A stretch of 64,000 nt of DNA from an uncultured Gammaproteobacteria bacterium (GCA_964621305.1 CAZUOM010000001.1:74390-138389); one strand, 5' to 3'. Positions 1 to 10,115 are shown, counted from the first letter of the stretch. Numbers and translations are program-made. Notes: a model not told the origin generated them from the sequence alone.

Positions 1-84
1 TCGCAAAAATCTCAATATCCAAATCTCAAATCCCAATAAGAATCCTCTTACAAAGTTGGTCATTGTGATTTGAGGATTGTGATT

Positions 85-729
85 TTATTCAAGAACTACA
101 ACCTGCAGCTCTTCAGGCAGTTTGTCCTTCAAGGTGGACAATTTTGGTTGTGCAACGATGTCTTCTTTGCCCATTTCTTTGAGAAATGCAGGCAAGGGTG
201 CTAATGATCCAAATACTGCTTGATCTAGATCCGGCCGACCATAATGCATAGGAATGACTATAGAAGGCTCCAACTCGTGAATAATGCTTGCAGCCCTATC
301 AACATCAATGGTATAAAAACCTCCAACTGGCACGAGTAAAATGTCCACGCCGTCCAAACTTTCCACTTCTTGGGCTGAAAGCGTGTGACCCAAGTCTCCC
401 AAATGAACAATATTGATTCCATCTATTTCCATGCGAAAGATCGTATTTCGGCCACGCTTAGATCCTTTTTCACTATCGTGAAAGACGCCAATACCAATGA
501 TACTTACACCTGCGATCTCATATTCGCCAGGGCCCCGGATAATTTTGGGTGTGCCTTCGATCGCAGCTGCCACATTGTGGTCTTCATGTTCATGGCTGAT
601 AGTGACAATATCGGCCGTGATATGCTTCGGAAACTTGAGACCAATGTCGTTGGAATAAGGGTCTGTAATAACAGTCACATTCTTACCGCGAATCTTAAAT
701 GAAGAATGACCAAAGTAAACAATTTCCAT
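85..729 (-). CDS. MBL-fold metallo-hydrolase (UPF0173-like)
   Basis: HxHxDH motif (SHEHEDH) and the overall beta-lactamase-fold pattern in the 214-aa ORF. Confidence 0.75.
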   Translation of the reverse strand: MEIVYFGHSSFKIRGKNVTVITDPYSNDIGLKFPKHITADIVTISHEHEDHNVAAAIEGTPKIIRGPGEYEIAGVSIIGIGVFHDSEKGSKRGRNTIFRMEIDGINIVHLGDLGHTLSAQEVESLDGVDILLVPVGGFYTIDVDRAASIIHELEPSIVIPMHYGRPDLDQAVFGSLAPLPAFLKEMGKEDIVAQPKLSTLKDKLPEELQVVVLE

Positions 730-734
730 AGTAC

Positions 735-1223
735 TTGCAAGTTATAACAGATTCATCTATGCTATGGCAACCCCTGCCGTTCGTACTACTTATGAGTAAA
801 GACGCACTTTTAGCTACACTCATCGGCCTGGGAATAGGACTACTTATTACCGGTGTAATCGTTGCAGGCCCAAAGATCGTGAGCGCATTGCCGAGGATTT
901 CAATTCCCACCATTAGTCTTCCGAAAAAATCTAAGCCAGTCGCAACACCAACGCCTACACAAGAAGCAGTTGCCCTGACCATTGTAAGTCCTACTCCTGA
1001 ATCTGTTGTTGCCGCGCCTGAGCTTCTGGTTTCCGGGACGGCTCCGATACGATCAATCGTCCTCCTGCAGGGACCCGCAGACGAAGATGTCATAATAACT
1101 GATGCCAGTGGAAAGTATGCAGGAAACATTACATTGTCTGAAGGGAAAAACGATGTGACAGTCACAAGCTACACCGCCAACGACCAGGATGCCAAATCAG
1201 TCGTCGTCTTTTATATTCCATAA
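735..1223 (+). CDS. hypothetical membrane-anchored Pro/Thr-rich protein
   Basis: N-terminal TM helix and low-complexity PT-rich linker; no recognisable family. Confidence 0.4.
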   Translation: MQVITDSSMLWQPLPFVLLMSKDALLATLIGLGIGLLITGVIVAGPKIVSALPRISIPTISLPKKSKPVATPTPTQEAVALTIVSPTPESVVAAPELLVSGTAPIRSIVLLQGPADEDVIITDASGKYAGNITLSEGKNDVTVTSYTANDQDAKSVVVFYIP

Positions 1224-1228
1224 GTCGT

Positions 1229-1933
1229 ATGAACAAAATTTTTACCATCGTGATAAGTTTTATCATCGTCGCTTCAAACGCAATGGCGGCAACTAACGTT
1301 TCTACCAAATCAAGCAATCTCGACGATCTCAAAGAAAGGCTGGCAACAAAAGTTGCCCAACTTCGTACGAGTGAAAATCGTGCGTTTTTTGGCCTGGTTA
1401 AAAGTAAAACGGTGGCCACGTTCGTTATAGAAACAAAAACAAAGGACATCAAAATAGATATCCCTGACGATGTCACAGTAGCCCGGTACCTTCAAAAGAA
1501 GCGAGTCAATCTAACTATGGAAGATGTTGCAAAGGGGGAACTTGTAACCGTCTACGGCGAGTATGACACCACGCTTGAACTGCTCAAAGCTTCCTTTATT
1601 CTTATCGAGTCAGCCTCACCACTTCGCCTTTCCGGCACAGTTAGCTCCATCGACCCGAAAGATTTCTCCTTAATGCTCGCCACCAGAACAGGACAAATAT
1701 ATATAGTCGATATCGAAACGACCACCAAAGTTACCCGCTGGGACAAAACCCATAAGTTTGCAAAGTCAGGGTTTTCCAAAATGGTCGAAGGCGAAACCAT
1801 CCACGTCGTCGGCACTCCGGTTCCCAAAAAAGACAATCGCATTAGCGCTATCCGCATCCTCAACCTGGGTAACCCGATCGGAGAAGCTCCTCCAAAACTC
1901 GAGGAATCAACCCCCTCGGCTACAACAAGGTAA
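1229..1933 (+). CDS. hypothetical secreted protein
   Basis: clear signal peptide (MNKIFTIVISFIIVASNAMA); no family recognised. Confidence 0.45.
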   Translation: MNKIFTIVISFIIVASNAMAATNVSTKSSNLDDLKERLATKVAQLRTSENRAFFGLVKSKTVATFVIETKTKDIKIDIPDDVTVARYLQKKRVNLTMEDVAKGELVTVYGEYDTTLELLKASFILIESASPLRLSGTVSSIDPKDFSLMLATRTGQIYIVDIETTTKVTRWDKTHKFAKSGFSKMVEGETIHVVGTPVPKKDNRISAIRILNLGNPIGEAPPKLEESTPSATTR

Positions 1934-2159
1934 TATGAAACACCCTGCCGGAGTTATAAAAATTACTAAATCTAATATTTCGCTACCCGAACAAAGCCGT
2001 ATTACCGGCTACTTTCCTCCAAGATTTGCTTTTAACCGCTGATCCCAAAACAACAGTCGGTTGGCCAGCTATCAATAGCTTGTCAACTTCAATCTGAACC
2101 AAAAAATATTCCTCAAGAAATGTGCAGGGACAATATTCTGGCTTTTGTGATGCGCGTAA

Positions 2160-2168
2160 TGGTATAGT
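2160..2168 (+). promoter_or_regulatory. extended -10 (TGgTATAGT) upstream of M24 peptidase gene
   Basis: TGnTATAGT motif 34 nt upstream of the ATG at 2202; no good -35. Confidence 0.3.
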
Positions 2169-2201
2169 AATCTACACTAATTGGCTGGATGACATCCCCA
2201 G

Positions 2202-3356
2202 ATGACTAATATGAATGACAAAAACATAATAAATTTATTTCATGACTCTGATGCCCTGCTCATCACCAACCTAACAAATATCCGTTACCTGACGAACTTT
2301 GTTGGTGCGGCGCCGGAGGAAAGGGAAGCGTATGTGATGGTTGCACGAGATGAAGCCTTTTTGTTTACCAATAAGCTTTATTTAGAACAAACAAAGGCAA
2401 TCGGATTGTTAAATTGTTACATTGTTAAATTGCTGAAAAGCAAAAAACCTTTACAAATAATTGAAATTTCGAGGGAAAACCCGTTTGCCGTGGGTCTTGC
2501 TGAAGTTCTGAAAAGGTCTCACCTTGCCAAACCGCAAGGTGAGACCTTAAAAGGCATTCGTCTGGGATATGAGGAGAACGATCTGACGGTAGCGGAGTAC
2601 GAAAAACTGAAGCGCGAACTAAAAGGAGTGAAACTCGCGCCGACGAGGGGGCGCGTTGAGGAACTGCGAATGATTAAACGCGAAGATGAAATTGAAAATA
2701 TACGGCTGGCGGCAAAAATCACGGACGAATGTTTCGATTTTATTCTTGGGAAAATCAAGCCAGGCATCACCGAGTCGGAGATTGCCTGGGAGATCGAATC
2801 GTTTTTTCGCAAACGCGCAGCGGAGATAGCTTTCTCTCCCATCGTGGCATTCGGAACCCACACAAGTCAGCCGCATTACTCTGCAAGGACTCTCCTTGCG
2901 AAGCTGCAAGGAGAGTCCTTGAAAAACCAAGACATCGCGCTTTTGGATTTTGGTGCGTGCGTAAATGGATATTGCAGCGACATGACGCGAGTCGTTTTTA
3001 CGGGTAAGCCAACCGACGAATGGAAACGAGCATACACGACTGTTTCGGAAGCGCAATCAGTTGCATTGGAAAATATACACCATAACCCTGATAAACGATC
3101 ACGGGAGTTTATCCGAAAAGCAGGTTTCCCTCCCTACTGCCACTCCCTCGGCCACGGCGTGGGTCTAGCTATTCACGAACAGCCGCGACTTTCGTATAAA
3201 AAAGAAGTCAAGCTTTTACCGAGTATGGTCGTCACGATCGAGCCGGCAATCTACGTCGAAGGCAGATATGGCATCCGCATCGAAGATTTGGTACTCTTGA
3301 AAAAAGATGGTGTTGAAATACTTTCAAAATCACCAAAACTGCTGACAATCTTATGA
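2202..3356 (+). CDS. Xaa-Pro aminopeptidase / M24 family peptidase
   Basis: creatinase/prolidase N-domain plus M24 metal-ligand motifs (HGVGLAIHEQP, EPAIY). Confidence 0.85.
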   Translation: MTNMNDKNIINLFHDSDALLITNLTNIRYLTNFVGAAPEEREAYVMVARDEAFLFTNKLYLEQTKAIGLLNCYIVKLLKSKKPLQIIEISRENPFAVGLAEVLKRSHLAKPQGETLKGIRLGYEENDLTVAEYEKLKRELKGVKLAPTRGRVEELRMIKREDEIENIRLAAKITDECFDFILGKIKPGITESEIAWEIESFFRKRAAEIAFSPIVAFGTHTSQPHYSARTLLAKLQGESLKNQDIALLDFGACVNGYCSDMTRVVFTGKPTDEWKRAYTTVSEAQSVALENIHHNPDKRSREFIRKAGFPPYCHSLGHGVGLAIHEQPRLSYKKEVKLLPSMVVTIEPAIYVEGRYGIRIEDLVLLKKDGVEILSKSPKLLTIL

Positions 3357-4552
3357 ACATACAAACACTCAAGGGTTTTCGAGATTTTTTGCCGGAAGAT
3401 GCAGCCAAACGCAAGTGGCTGCGGGATAAATTGGCTGCCATCTGTGAAGCGTGGGGGTTTGAACCGCTTGAGACGCCGACGCTCGAGCCTCTTGAAATAT
3501 TTGCCGGCGCCATCGGTGAAGACGAGAAACTATTTTTCAAATTTAAAGACCCGGGCGACCGCGACGTAGCGTTGAGATACGATCAAACCGTTCCAACATG
3601 CCGTGTCGTCGCCCGATATCAAAACGAACTCACCTTCCCCTTCAAGCGCTACCAAATCCAACCTGCCTTCCGAGCCGAGAAGCCGCAAAAAGGAAGATAT
3701 CGTGAATTCACACAGGTTGATGCGGATATTTTCGGAGTCAAAACGCGAGACGCTGACGCAGAAACAATTGCTCTTTCGCTAGACATCTATCGTCAACTTG
3801 GTTTCAAACAGGCAATCGTCCGCATCAATTCGAGAAATTTATTTCAGAATATTCCATACGAAGCACTTGTTGCTATCGATAAGATTAAAAAAATTGGGCA
3901 AGACGGAGTGCTAGCCGAAATGGAAAAGCGCAATATCAAAATTGAAAAAGCAAAAGAATATCTCTCGCTTGTCAAAAACTTAAAACCCAACGAGGAAATC
4001 GATTTCATTCTCAAGTATCTAAAGAATTACGGTTTCTCTGATGACTGGTATGTGTTTGATCCCACAATTGCTCGATCTTTTTCTTATTCAATGGGCCCAA
4101 TTTGGGAAATAGAAATACCGGAAACCGGCGGACTTTCGGTCCTTGGGGGCGAACGATATGATGGGCTGGTTGAAAAACTCGCCGGTTGCGACATCGGTGG
4201 CACTGGTTTTGCTGTTGGGTTTGACCGGACGCTCGAGGCCGCGGAACTGCTCGGCCTGCTTCCACAATTAACAACGAGCGGCGAGATACTAGTAACAGTT
4301 TTTTCCGAAGGCCTCCTTGCCGAGTCACAAAAATTAGCCAGAGAGTTGCGGGACAACTGTTTATCGGTCGACCTCTATACAACACCGGACAAACTAGATA
4401 AGCAACTCAAATATGCGGATAAAAAGGGTATCCCTTATGTTGTCATCCAGGGGCCTGATGAAGCAGTTAGAAACGTGGTTAAGCTTAAAAATATGAAGGC
4501 ACAAACGCAAGAGGAGTTGCCACTTGAAGCAGTCATTACAAAATTAAAATAG
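3353..4552 (+). CDS. hisS: histidyl-tRNA synthetase
   Basis: class II aaRS HisRS motifs (KGFRDFLPEDA; RYDQTVP; GGERYDGL); 4-nt overlap with upstream gene. Confidence 0.9.
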   Translation: MNIQTLKGFRDFLPEDAAKRKWLRDKLAAICEAWGFEPLETPTLEPLEIFAGAIGEDEKLFFKFKDPGDRDVALRYDQTVPTCRVVARYQNELTFPFKRYQIQPAFRAEKPQKGRYREFTQVDADIFGVKTRDADAETIALSLDIYRQLGFKQAIVRINSRNLFQNIPYEALVAIDKIKKIGQDGVLAEMEKRNIKIEKAKEYLSLVKNLKPNEEIDFILKYLKNYGFSDDWYVFDPTIARSFSYSMGPIWEIEIPETGGLSVLGGERYDGLVEKLAGCDIGGTGFAVGFDRTLEAAELLGLLPQLTTSGEILVTVFSEGLLAESQKLARELRDNCLSVDLYTTPDKLDKQLKYADKKGIPYVVIQGPDEAVRNVVKLKNMKAQTQEELPLEAVITKLK

Positions 4553-4554
4553 TA

Positions 4555-5568
4555 ATGAAATTTTCTCCTGTCCAAAAAGCATTCGCGGCCCTTATTGTAG
4601 CCAACGTAATCTGGGGTGCGGGTAGTCCCATCTTCAAGCTTGCTCTCCAAAGCGTCCCACTGTTTACTCTTGCATTTCTTCGCTTTTGCCTCGGTGCGTT
4701 TATACTTCTCGTCATTCTTCGCTCCAAAATTTTCTTCACCGTCCACCAAAAAAAAGACGTATTCCTCCTCGTTGCATACGCACTCTTCGGAATCACCCTG
4801 AACATACTGTTCTTTTTCCTCGGGCTGCAGACGACCCTAGCAATAAACGCCGGAATAATCGTATCCAGCACTCCGGTGCTCACGCTGTTTTTTGCCATGA
4901 TTTTTCTCCGTGAGTCTTTCTCTCTAAAGAAATTTTTTGGCGCGCTTCTTGGCCTTTTCGGTATCGTACTTATTATCTTTCAGCCTCTTCTCCATACTGG
5001 TCTGGACAGCTCTGTTGCCGGCAACCTCTTTATACTTCTGGCAACCCTTGCCTGGGTTGCAGCGTTAGTCATCGGACGGGATTTGTTTAAACAGTACTCG
5101 CCGCTCATGCTCACTTTCTGGGCGTTTGTGATTGCTGCTGCAAGCTTTCTCCCGCTTGCAATCCGCGACTATCTCACTAGCCCTCTGCTTTATTCCTCTC
5201 TGAGTTTGCCGGGGATATTCGGAATATTATGGGGAGCGATTTTCTCCTCCGCAGCAGCGTATTCGCTTAATGCCTGGGGGCTTTCAAAGGTAAGCGCGAC
5301 AGATACTGCAATGTTTACGTATATCGACCCGTTAGCCGGTGCAGTGCTTTCCGTACTATTGTTGAGCGAGCCGATCACTGGCTTCTTCCTCCTGGGGTCG
5401 CTGCTTATTTTCTCTGGCATTGGCATAGCCGAAGGCCGCCTCCACTACCACCCGATACGTAAACTTTCTGCTACCCACAAACCGCCGCCCAGGCAGTCAA
5501 AGAAAAAGCAAACAATTCCACCACCCAACCGCTCCGAAGTCCTCCAAAAAATCTTCAAACCTTCGTAG
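4555..5568 (+). CDS. EamA/DMT family transporter
   Basis: 10-TM duplicated EamA pattern. Confidence 0.8.
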   Translation: MKFSPVQKAFAALIVANVIWGAGSPIFKLALQSVPLFTLAFLRFCLGAFILLVILRSKIFFTVHQKKDVFLLVAYALFGITLNILFFFLGLQTTLAINAGIIVSSTPVLTLFFAMIFLRESFSLKKFFGALLGLFGIVLIIFQPLLHTGLDSSVAGNLFILLATLAWVAALVIGRDLFKQYSPLMLTFWAFVIAAASFLPLAIRDYLTSPLLYSSLSLPGIFGILWGAIFSSAAAYSLNAWGLSKVSATDTAMFTYIDPLAGAVLSVLLLSEPITGFFLLGSLLIFSGIGIAEGRLHYHPIRKLSATHKPPPRQSKKKQTIPPPNRSEVLQKIFKPS

Positions 5569-5604
5569 CTTCTACTTAAGAAAGAAACATGTTAAAATAA
5601 AGAA

Positions 5605-5916
5605 ATGAAGCAGACTATTCACCCCCAGTGGTATCCGAATGCGACCGTCAGCTGTACATGCGGCAATACGTTTACCGTCGGGGCAACGACGGATACGATC
5701 AAGGTGGAAATCTGTTCCAACTGCCACCCGTTTTTTACCGGAGAGATGAAGTTTGTCGATACCATGGGAAGAGTCGAGCGCTTCCAGAAAAAGCAGCAGG
5801 TCGGTGCGCAAATGGCCAGTGTCTTATCTGACAAAAAGAAGAAAAAGAAAGAACGTGAAGAAGCAAGAGCCCGCGCCCCTAAAAGCCTCAAGGAAATGCT
5901 GATGGGGTTGCAGTAG
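5605..5916 (+). CDS. rpmE: 50S ribosomal protein L31 (type A, Cys-containing) with ~36-aa C-terminal extension
   Basis: MKQTIHPQWY...CTCGN...CSNCHPFFTG motif; lysine-rich tail after RFQKK. Confidence 0.85.
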   Translation: MKQTIHPQWYPNATVSCTCGNTFTVGATTDTIKVEICSNCHPFFTGEMKFVDTMGRVERFQKKQQVGAQMASVLSDKKKKKKEREEARARAPKSLKEMLMGLQ

Positions 5917-5922
5917 ATCTCC

Positions 5923-6621
5923 ATGAATTCCGATGTCGCTATTCTCGAGTTTCGTCCCGGCCCTGGCGGCGAGGAGGCCAAAATTTGGGCACGGGATCTC
6001 ATGCGTCTGTACACGCGCTACGCTAATCTTCTTGGTTGGAAAGTAGAAGAGCTCGACGACATGGTCATTAGAATCCGCGGGCCGCAGGCATTCACCAAGC
6101 TTCAGTACGAGGCCGGCACCCACCGCGTGCAACGAATTCCAACAACCGAGCGCCATGGGAGGATCCACACGTCAACGGCAACAGTCGCGGTTCTGCCGGA
6201 AATTGCCGAAAGCGAAGTTGTCGTCCGGCCGGACGACATTGAGTGGGACTTTTTTCGAAGCGGAGGCAAAGGCGGGCAGAATGTAAATAAAGTAAGCTCG
6301 GCGGTGCGCATCCGGCACAAACCCACGGGTATCGTCGTTTCCGCCCAGACCGAGCGCGACCAATACCAGAATCGTCAAATGGCCCTTTCCATGCTACGAG
6401 CCAAACTCTGGGAACAAGAGGCGATGCGAAGTGCGCAAATGCTAAGCGACAGTCGAAGTATCATCGGAAGGGGTATGCGAGCGGAAAAAATCAGAACGTA
6501 CAACTTCCCGCAAAATCGTGTCACCGATCACCGTATTAATAAATCGTGGCACAATTTGGAAGACATTGTCGACGGAAAAATGCAAAAAGTTACTGAGGCG
6601 CTTTTTGGTTCCACTTCATAA
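5923..6621 (+). CDS. peptide chain release factor, RF1/PrfH-like, lacking N-terminal domain 1
   Basis: GGQ motif, PTT tripeptide in the RF1 PxT position, RF domains 2-4; starts where RF1 domain 2 (FLEVRAGTGG equivalent) begins. Confidence 0.8.
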   Translation: MNSDVAILEFRPGPGGEEAKIWARDLMRLYTRYANLLGWKVEELDDMVIRIRGPQAFTKLQYEAGTHRVQRIPTTERHGRIHTSTATVAVLPEIAESEVVVRPDDIEWDFFRSGGKGGQNVNKVSSAVRIRHKPTGIVVSAQTERDQYQNRQMALSMLRAKLWEQEAMRSAQMLSDSRSIIGRGMRAEKIRTYNFPQNRVTDHRINKSWHNLEDIVDGKMQKVTEALFGSTS

Positions 6622-6630
6622 CTCCCCCTG

Positions 6631-6657
6631 ACCCCCTCTTAGAGTAAGAGGGGGGAA
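6631..6657. terminator. hairpin between convergent genes (CCCCCTCTTA-gag-TAAGAGGGGGG)
   Basis: perfect 10-11 bp GC-rich stem 10 nt after the release-factor stop, followed by A/T. Confidence 0.5.
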
Positions 6658-6674
6658 ATAGTAATTATTACCCC

Positions 6675-6839
6675 TTATTCCTTGGTGCCATGTTTCTTCG
6701 TGCCTTTTCCGTCGTAGCGCTCCAATATCGCAGCAGGCCGGCCATTTTTTGTGACGAGAAATCTTTCGTTGTTGTAGTAACAACGATCCATCAGCTCAAA
6801 AAATTTGTTCCTGGCATCGGTTGCCGAAAGCGTTATCAT
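6675..6839 (-). CDS. Phd/YefM-family antitoxin-like protein (N-terminal domain only)
   Basis: MITLSATDARNKFFELMD... matches YefM/Phd N-terminus; start taken at the internal Met of ORF 6675..6908. Confidence 0.55.
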   Translation of the reverse strand: MITLSATDARNKFFELMDRCYYNNERFLVTKNGRPAAILERYDGKGTKKHGTKE

Positions 6840-6873
6840 AGTGTACAAAGTGTACACTGAAGAAACTGTTTTG

Positions 6874-7434
6874 TCAAGCGGCGCGCGTGTCACCAACCGC
6901 CGGATCAACCAGGGCTGTCACAATTGGGATTCCTCTTTTTATGAGTTTAGGCTGCAATTGTGCATAGAACTCCTCCATAGATTTTTGAAATTGCAAAATT
7001 GTGGCTGCCTCTTTTAAATCATCTGTCGTCCAGTCAATTTTTTTCTCCTCAACACCTAAAGCCCAGCTAACTTGTTTTCCCCAATCGTTTTTAATTTCTC
7101 GCTCTCCCATCTTGTACGATGTCGCCTGACAAGTAACCAATTGACCAAGCACATTCATTGTTAGAGTGTTGATTCCTCTTTGTAAACCAAAATTATCAAC
7201 ATAACTAGTTCCCAATAATCCACAAAACTCAAAATATGCTTTGTAAGCATCTCCTCTGTCTGGCAATAAATTCAACTTTTCTCTTATTAAAACCACAGCC
7301 CTTGCCAAGTTTCTAGGGATATGAGTCATGATAAATTTATCGACCTGATAAATTTGTGGCTCAGGAGGCAATAACCGCCGCAAGGACCAACCTATCTGAT
7401 CACCAATATAATCTCTTCCCTGATCTTCTGCCAT
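6874..7434 (-). CDS. hypothetical protein (186 aa)
   Basis: ORF only; sits immediately upstream of the Phd-like gene. Confidence 0.4.
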   Translation of the reverse strand: MAEDQGRDYIGDQIGWSLRRLLPPEPQIYQVDKFIMTHIPRNLARAVVLIREKLNLLPDRGDAYKAYFEFCGLLGTSYVDNFGLQRGINTLTMNVLGQLVTCQATSYKMGEREIKNDWGKQVSWALGVEEKKIDWTTDDLKEAATILQFQKSMEEFYAQLQPKLIKRGIPIVTALVDPAVGDTRAA

Positions 7435-7439
7435 ATTTA

Positions 7440-8588
7440 TTACTCCCCCTGATTCCCCAGCGTCACCTTAATCGCCAGTTCTTTGCTGTCGCGCCAGACG
7501 GAGAAGGTTACACTGTCCCCCACTTTTTTCTTGCTGATTGCGCGAGCCAGGTCGTTATCGCTGGTTAATTTTTGGTCGTCAAATTTGGTGATGATGTCTT
7601 CGGCCTGAACTCCCGCTTTTTCTGCAGGACTATTGTCAACAACCTCTACGATGTAAGCTCCCTCGGGAATTTCATTTAGTACGGAAAGCTGGCGAGTGAT
7701 CATGCGGTACTGAACACCGAGGAACGGACGGTTAAACTGGCCTGTCTGTTTGAAGTTAGCGAGAGCATCTTTGACCACATTGATGGGGATGGCAAAACCG
7801 ATATTTTCGCCCGCTCCAGCTATTGCAGTATTAATACCCACCACCTCGCCTTTAGAGTTAAGGAGCGGCCCGCCGGAGTTACCGGGGTTAATCGCCGCAT
7901 CGGTTTGAATGACGTTGTCGAGGCGTTCCACATAGCTCTCGAATGGACTGCCTGCTTCAATTCCCCGACCAACACCCGAGATGACCCCTGTGGTTACTGT
8001 ATGACGAAATTCACCCAAGGCGGTGCCGATGGCTATAGCCAGTTGGCCAACCTTAATCTTGGTTGAGTCGCCCAGCGTAACTGTCGGCAGTCCACCGGCC
8101 TCAATTTTAAGTATAGCCAGATCGTTGGCCGGGTCACGGTAAATTTTTGTTACATCATAGCTTTTATCATCCTTGGTGATCACTTTATATTTGCTATCCG
8201 CTGCTCCCACCACGTGTTTGTTGGTGACGACCAAACCGTCGCTTTCTACGATAAATCCGCTACCGATGTCCTGCTCTATTTTCTGTGTTTTTCCCGGCCT
8301 GCGTTGAAACGGACTAAACGGATCAAATGGATTGATTTCAAAAATATCACTCAGCCGCCGCGTCTGAGTAATGCCGACGGTAACAACCGCAGGCGAAATT
8401 TTATCGACCACGTCGATGACGACGGATTCTTCGTTGACGACTTTCACCGTGCTCCCATTGCCAGTAAAAGACGGCGGCAGTTGCCGACTGACTTTGGGAA
8501 ACGTCCAGCCGAACTTTCCCGAGGAAGCAACCCCGCCGGCAATAAGCACCGCGGCAGCAATTCCGATGATGATTTTTTGTGCGTTCAT
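7440..8588 (-). CDS. htrA: HtrA/DegP-family serine protease with PDZ domain
   Basis: trypsin-like catalytic motifs (TNKHVV, GNSGGPLLN) plus a C-terminal PDZ; signal anchor. Confidence 0.9.
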   Translation of the reverse strand: MNAQKIIIGIAAAVLIAGGVASSGKFGWTFPKVSRQLPPSFTGNGSTVKVVNEESVVIDVVDKISPAVVTVGITQTRRLSDIFEINPFDPFSPFQRRPGKTQKIEQDIGSGFIVESDGLVVTNKHVVGAADSKYKVITKDDKSYDVTKIYRDPANDLAILKIEAGGLPTVTLGDSTKIKVGQLAIAIGTALGEFRHTVTTGVISGVGRGIEAGSPFESYVERLDNVIQTDAAINPGNSGGPLLNSKGEVVGINTAIAGAGENIGFAIPINVVKDALANFKQTGQFNRPFLGVQYRMITRQLSVLNEIPEGAYIVEVVDNSPAEKAGVQAEDIITKFDDQKLTSDNDLARAISKKKVGDSVTFSVWRDSKELAIKVTLGNQGE

Positions 8589-8593
8589 TATGT

Positions 8594-9874
8594 TTATTGT
8601 AGTAACAATTCTACTGCCTTTGCAAGCTGTGGATCATCTGTCTCTCCTGTAGAAAGGCGTAGAACCTCAAAGTCCGGTTTCACGCCGACTTTCGTAATAG
8701 AGCTACCGGAAGGAAGAAGCCATTTGCCGGTGGTGATATGGAGCCCTGCTCCGCCGGTCAGATCGTAGGGTGTCTGAACTGAACCTTTGCCAAACGTTGT
8801 TTCGCCTACGATCTTGGCGTGACGCAAGTCCCGAAGGCTAGCTGCGACAATTTCTGCTGCCGAGGCGCTACCGCGGTTGACCAAGATCACAAGCGGAAAC
8901 TGAGTCAGTTTGCCACGCCGGTTAACGGGAAAGTTCTGCTTTGATCCGTCGCTGTTGACTTGAGTGACGACGATTCCAGATTTTACAAATTCGCTAGCGA
9001 TAAAAACAGATCCGTCTAAATAGCCACCCGGGTTGTTGCGAAGATCTAAAATGATGCCTCTAATTTTTCCGAGGCGCGACTGAGCGGAAAGTAAATCACC
9101 AACTGCACTGTTCCAGTCCTCACTGGTCCGGTCGCCGAAACGCGATAGGCGAAGGTAAGCGATCGTATCGCTTTTCATAACTAACGATGCGGCCTCCGAA
9201 GCCTCGCGAATCTCTGTTATCTCAGAAATCGGCTTCACCCACGATTCAACAGACGCAACAACGATAGTATCTCGGATAATGGAAAGAGAAAGTGGTTCCG
9301 TTTGGCCTTCGTGGACTATCTCAAGCGATACAGTTGTCCCTTGAGGTCCGCGGATTTTGCTTACTGCAGCCGGTACGGTCCAACCGATGGTTTCCTCACC
9401 GTTGACTTTCAATATCCAGTCCCCGGCCCTTAGTCCGGCTTTTTCCGCCGGCGTTGCCCTAAGCGGCGCAACGACGATGATGCGGTTTTCCTTTATCCCC
9501 AGCTGAGCACCGATACCCTCGAAAGCTCCACCCAAATCGTTTTTAAAGTCCTTATTATCTTTGGGCGGCAAGTAGGTCGTGTATGGGTCGCCAACTGCGT
9601 TAACCATCCCAGAGATTGCCCCCTCAACCATCTTCGTAGAGTCAAATGCAGCTGCATCAATGTGATAACCGAAAAGCTTCTGCCAGACATCCCAGAACTG
9701 GACAAAGTCAACGGTTAAGTTTTCAGGAGGAGATTGATTGACGACAACTTTTTTATCCGGAGAAACCGAAACACTAACTTTTTGTTCACCTAACCGGTAA
9801 CCTACGCCACCAGCAAGAATCAGGAATGAAACGATAAGTATGAAGTTTCGAATTTTGGAGAAAGGCAGGCTCAT
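8594..9874 (-). CDS. ctpA: C-terminal processing peptidase (S41)
   Basis: S41 tail-specific protease motifs (GSASAAEIVAASL) plus PDZ. Confidence 0.9.
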   Translation of the reverse strand: MSLPFSKIRNFILIVSFLILAGGVGYRLGEQKVSVSVSPDKKVVVNQSPPENLTVDFVQFWDVWQKLFGYHIDAAAFDSTKMVEGAISGMVNAVGDPYTTYLPPKDNKDFKNDLGGAFEGIGAQLGIKENRIIVVAPLRATPAEKAGLRAGDWILKVNGEETIGWTVPAAVSKIRGPQGTTVSLEIVHEGQTEPLSLSIIRDTIVVASVESWVKPISEITEIREASEAASLVMKSDTIAYLRLSRFGDRTSEDWNSAVGDLLSAQSRLGKIRGIILDLRNNPGGYLDGSVFIASEFVKSGIVVTQVNSDGSKQNFPVNRRGKLTQFPLVILVNRGSASAAEIVAASLRDLRHAKIVGETTFGKGSVQTPYDLTGGAGLHITTGKWLLPSGSSITKVGVKPDFEVLRLSTGETDDPQLAKAVELLLQ

Positions 9875-9878
9875 GGTG

Positions 9879-10115
9879 CTATGCGCGCACGACGAACGGC
9901 AAAAGCGCTAGCAGGCGGGCACGCTTCACCGCCGTTGTGACGCTTCGCTGATGCTTGCTGCAGATACCCGTCCGGCTGGCGGCTAAGAGTTTCCCGCGTT
10001 CTGTGATAAAACGGCGCAAGGTCTCGACACCTTTATAATCCGGTTCGGTCTTTGTGTTGCAAAATGGGCAATTTTTTGCCACTGGCCTCAAACGCTTGAT
10101 GGGTTGTCGTCTCAT
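9879..10115 (-). CDS. rpsR: 30S ribosomal protein S18
   Basis: [19 protein letters not shown]...; start at the internal Met of ORF 9879..10250. Confidence 0.9.
   Translation of the reverse strand: MRRQPIKRLRPVAKNCPFCNTKTEPDYKGVETLRRFITERGKLLAASRTGICSKHQRSVTTAVKRARLLALLPFVVRA

Noticed and set aside
5923-6621. RF2-type programmed +1 frameshift to explain the short release factor
   Set aside because: The protein has the RF1-type PxT (PTT) motif, not SPF. There is no CUU UGA C slippery site and no upstream ORF in the +1 frame. What is missing is the whole of domain 1, not a frameshifted N-terminus.
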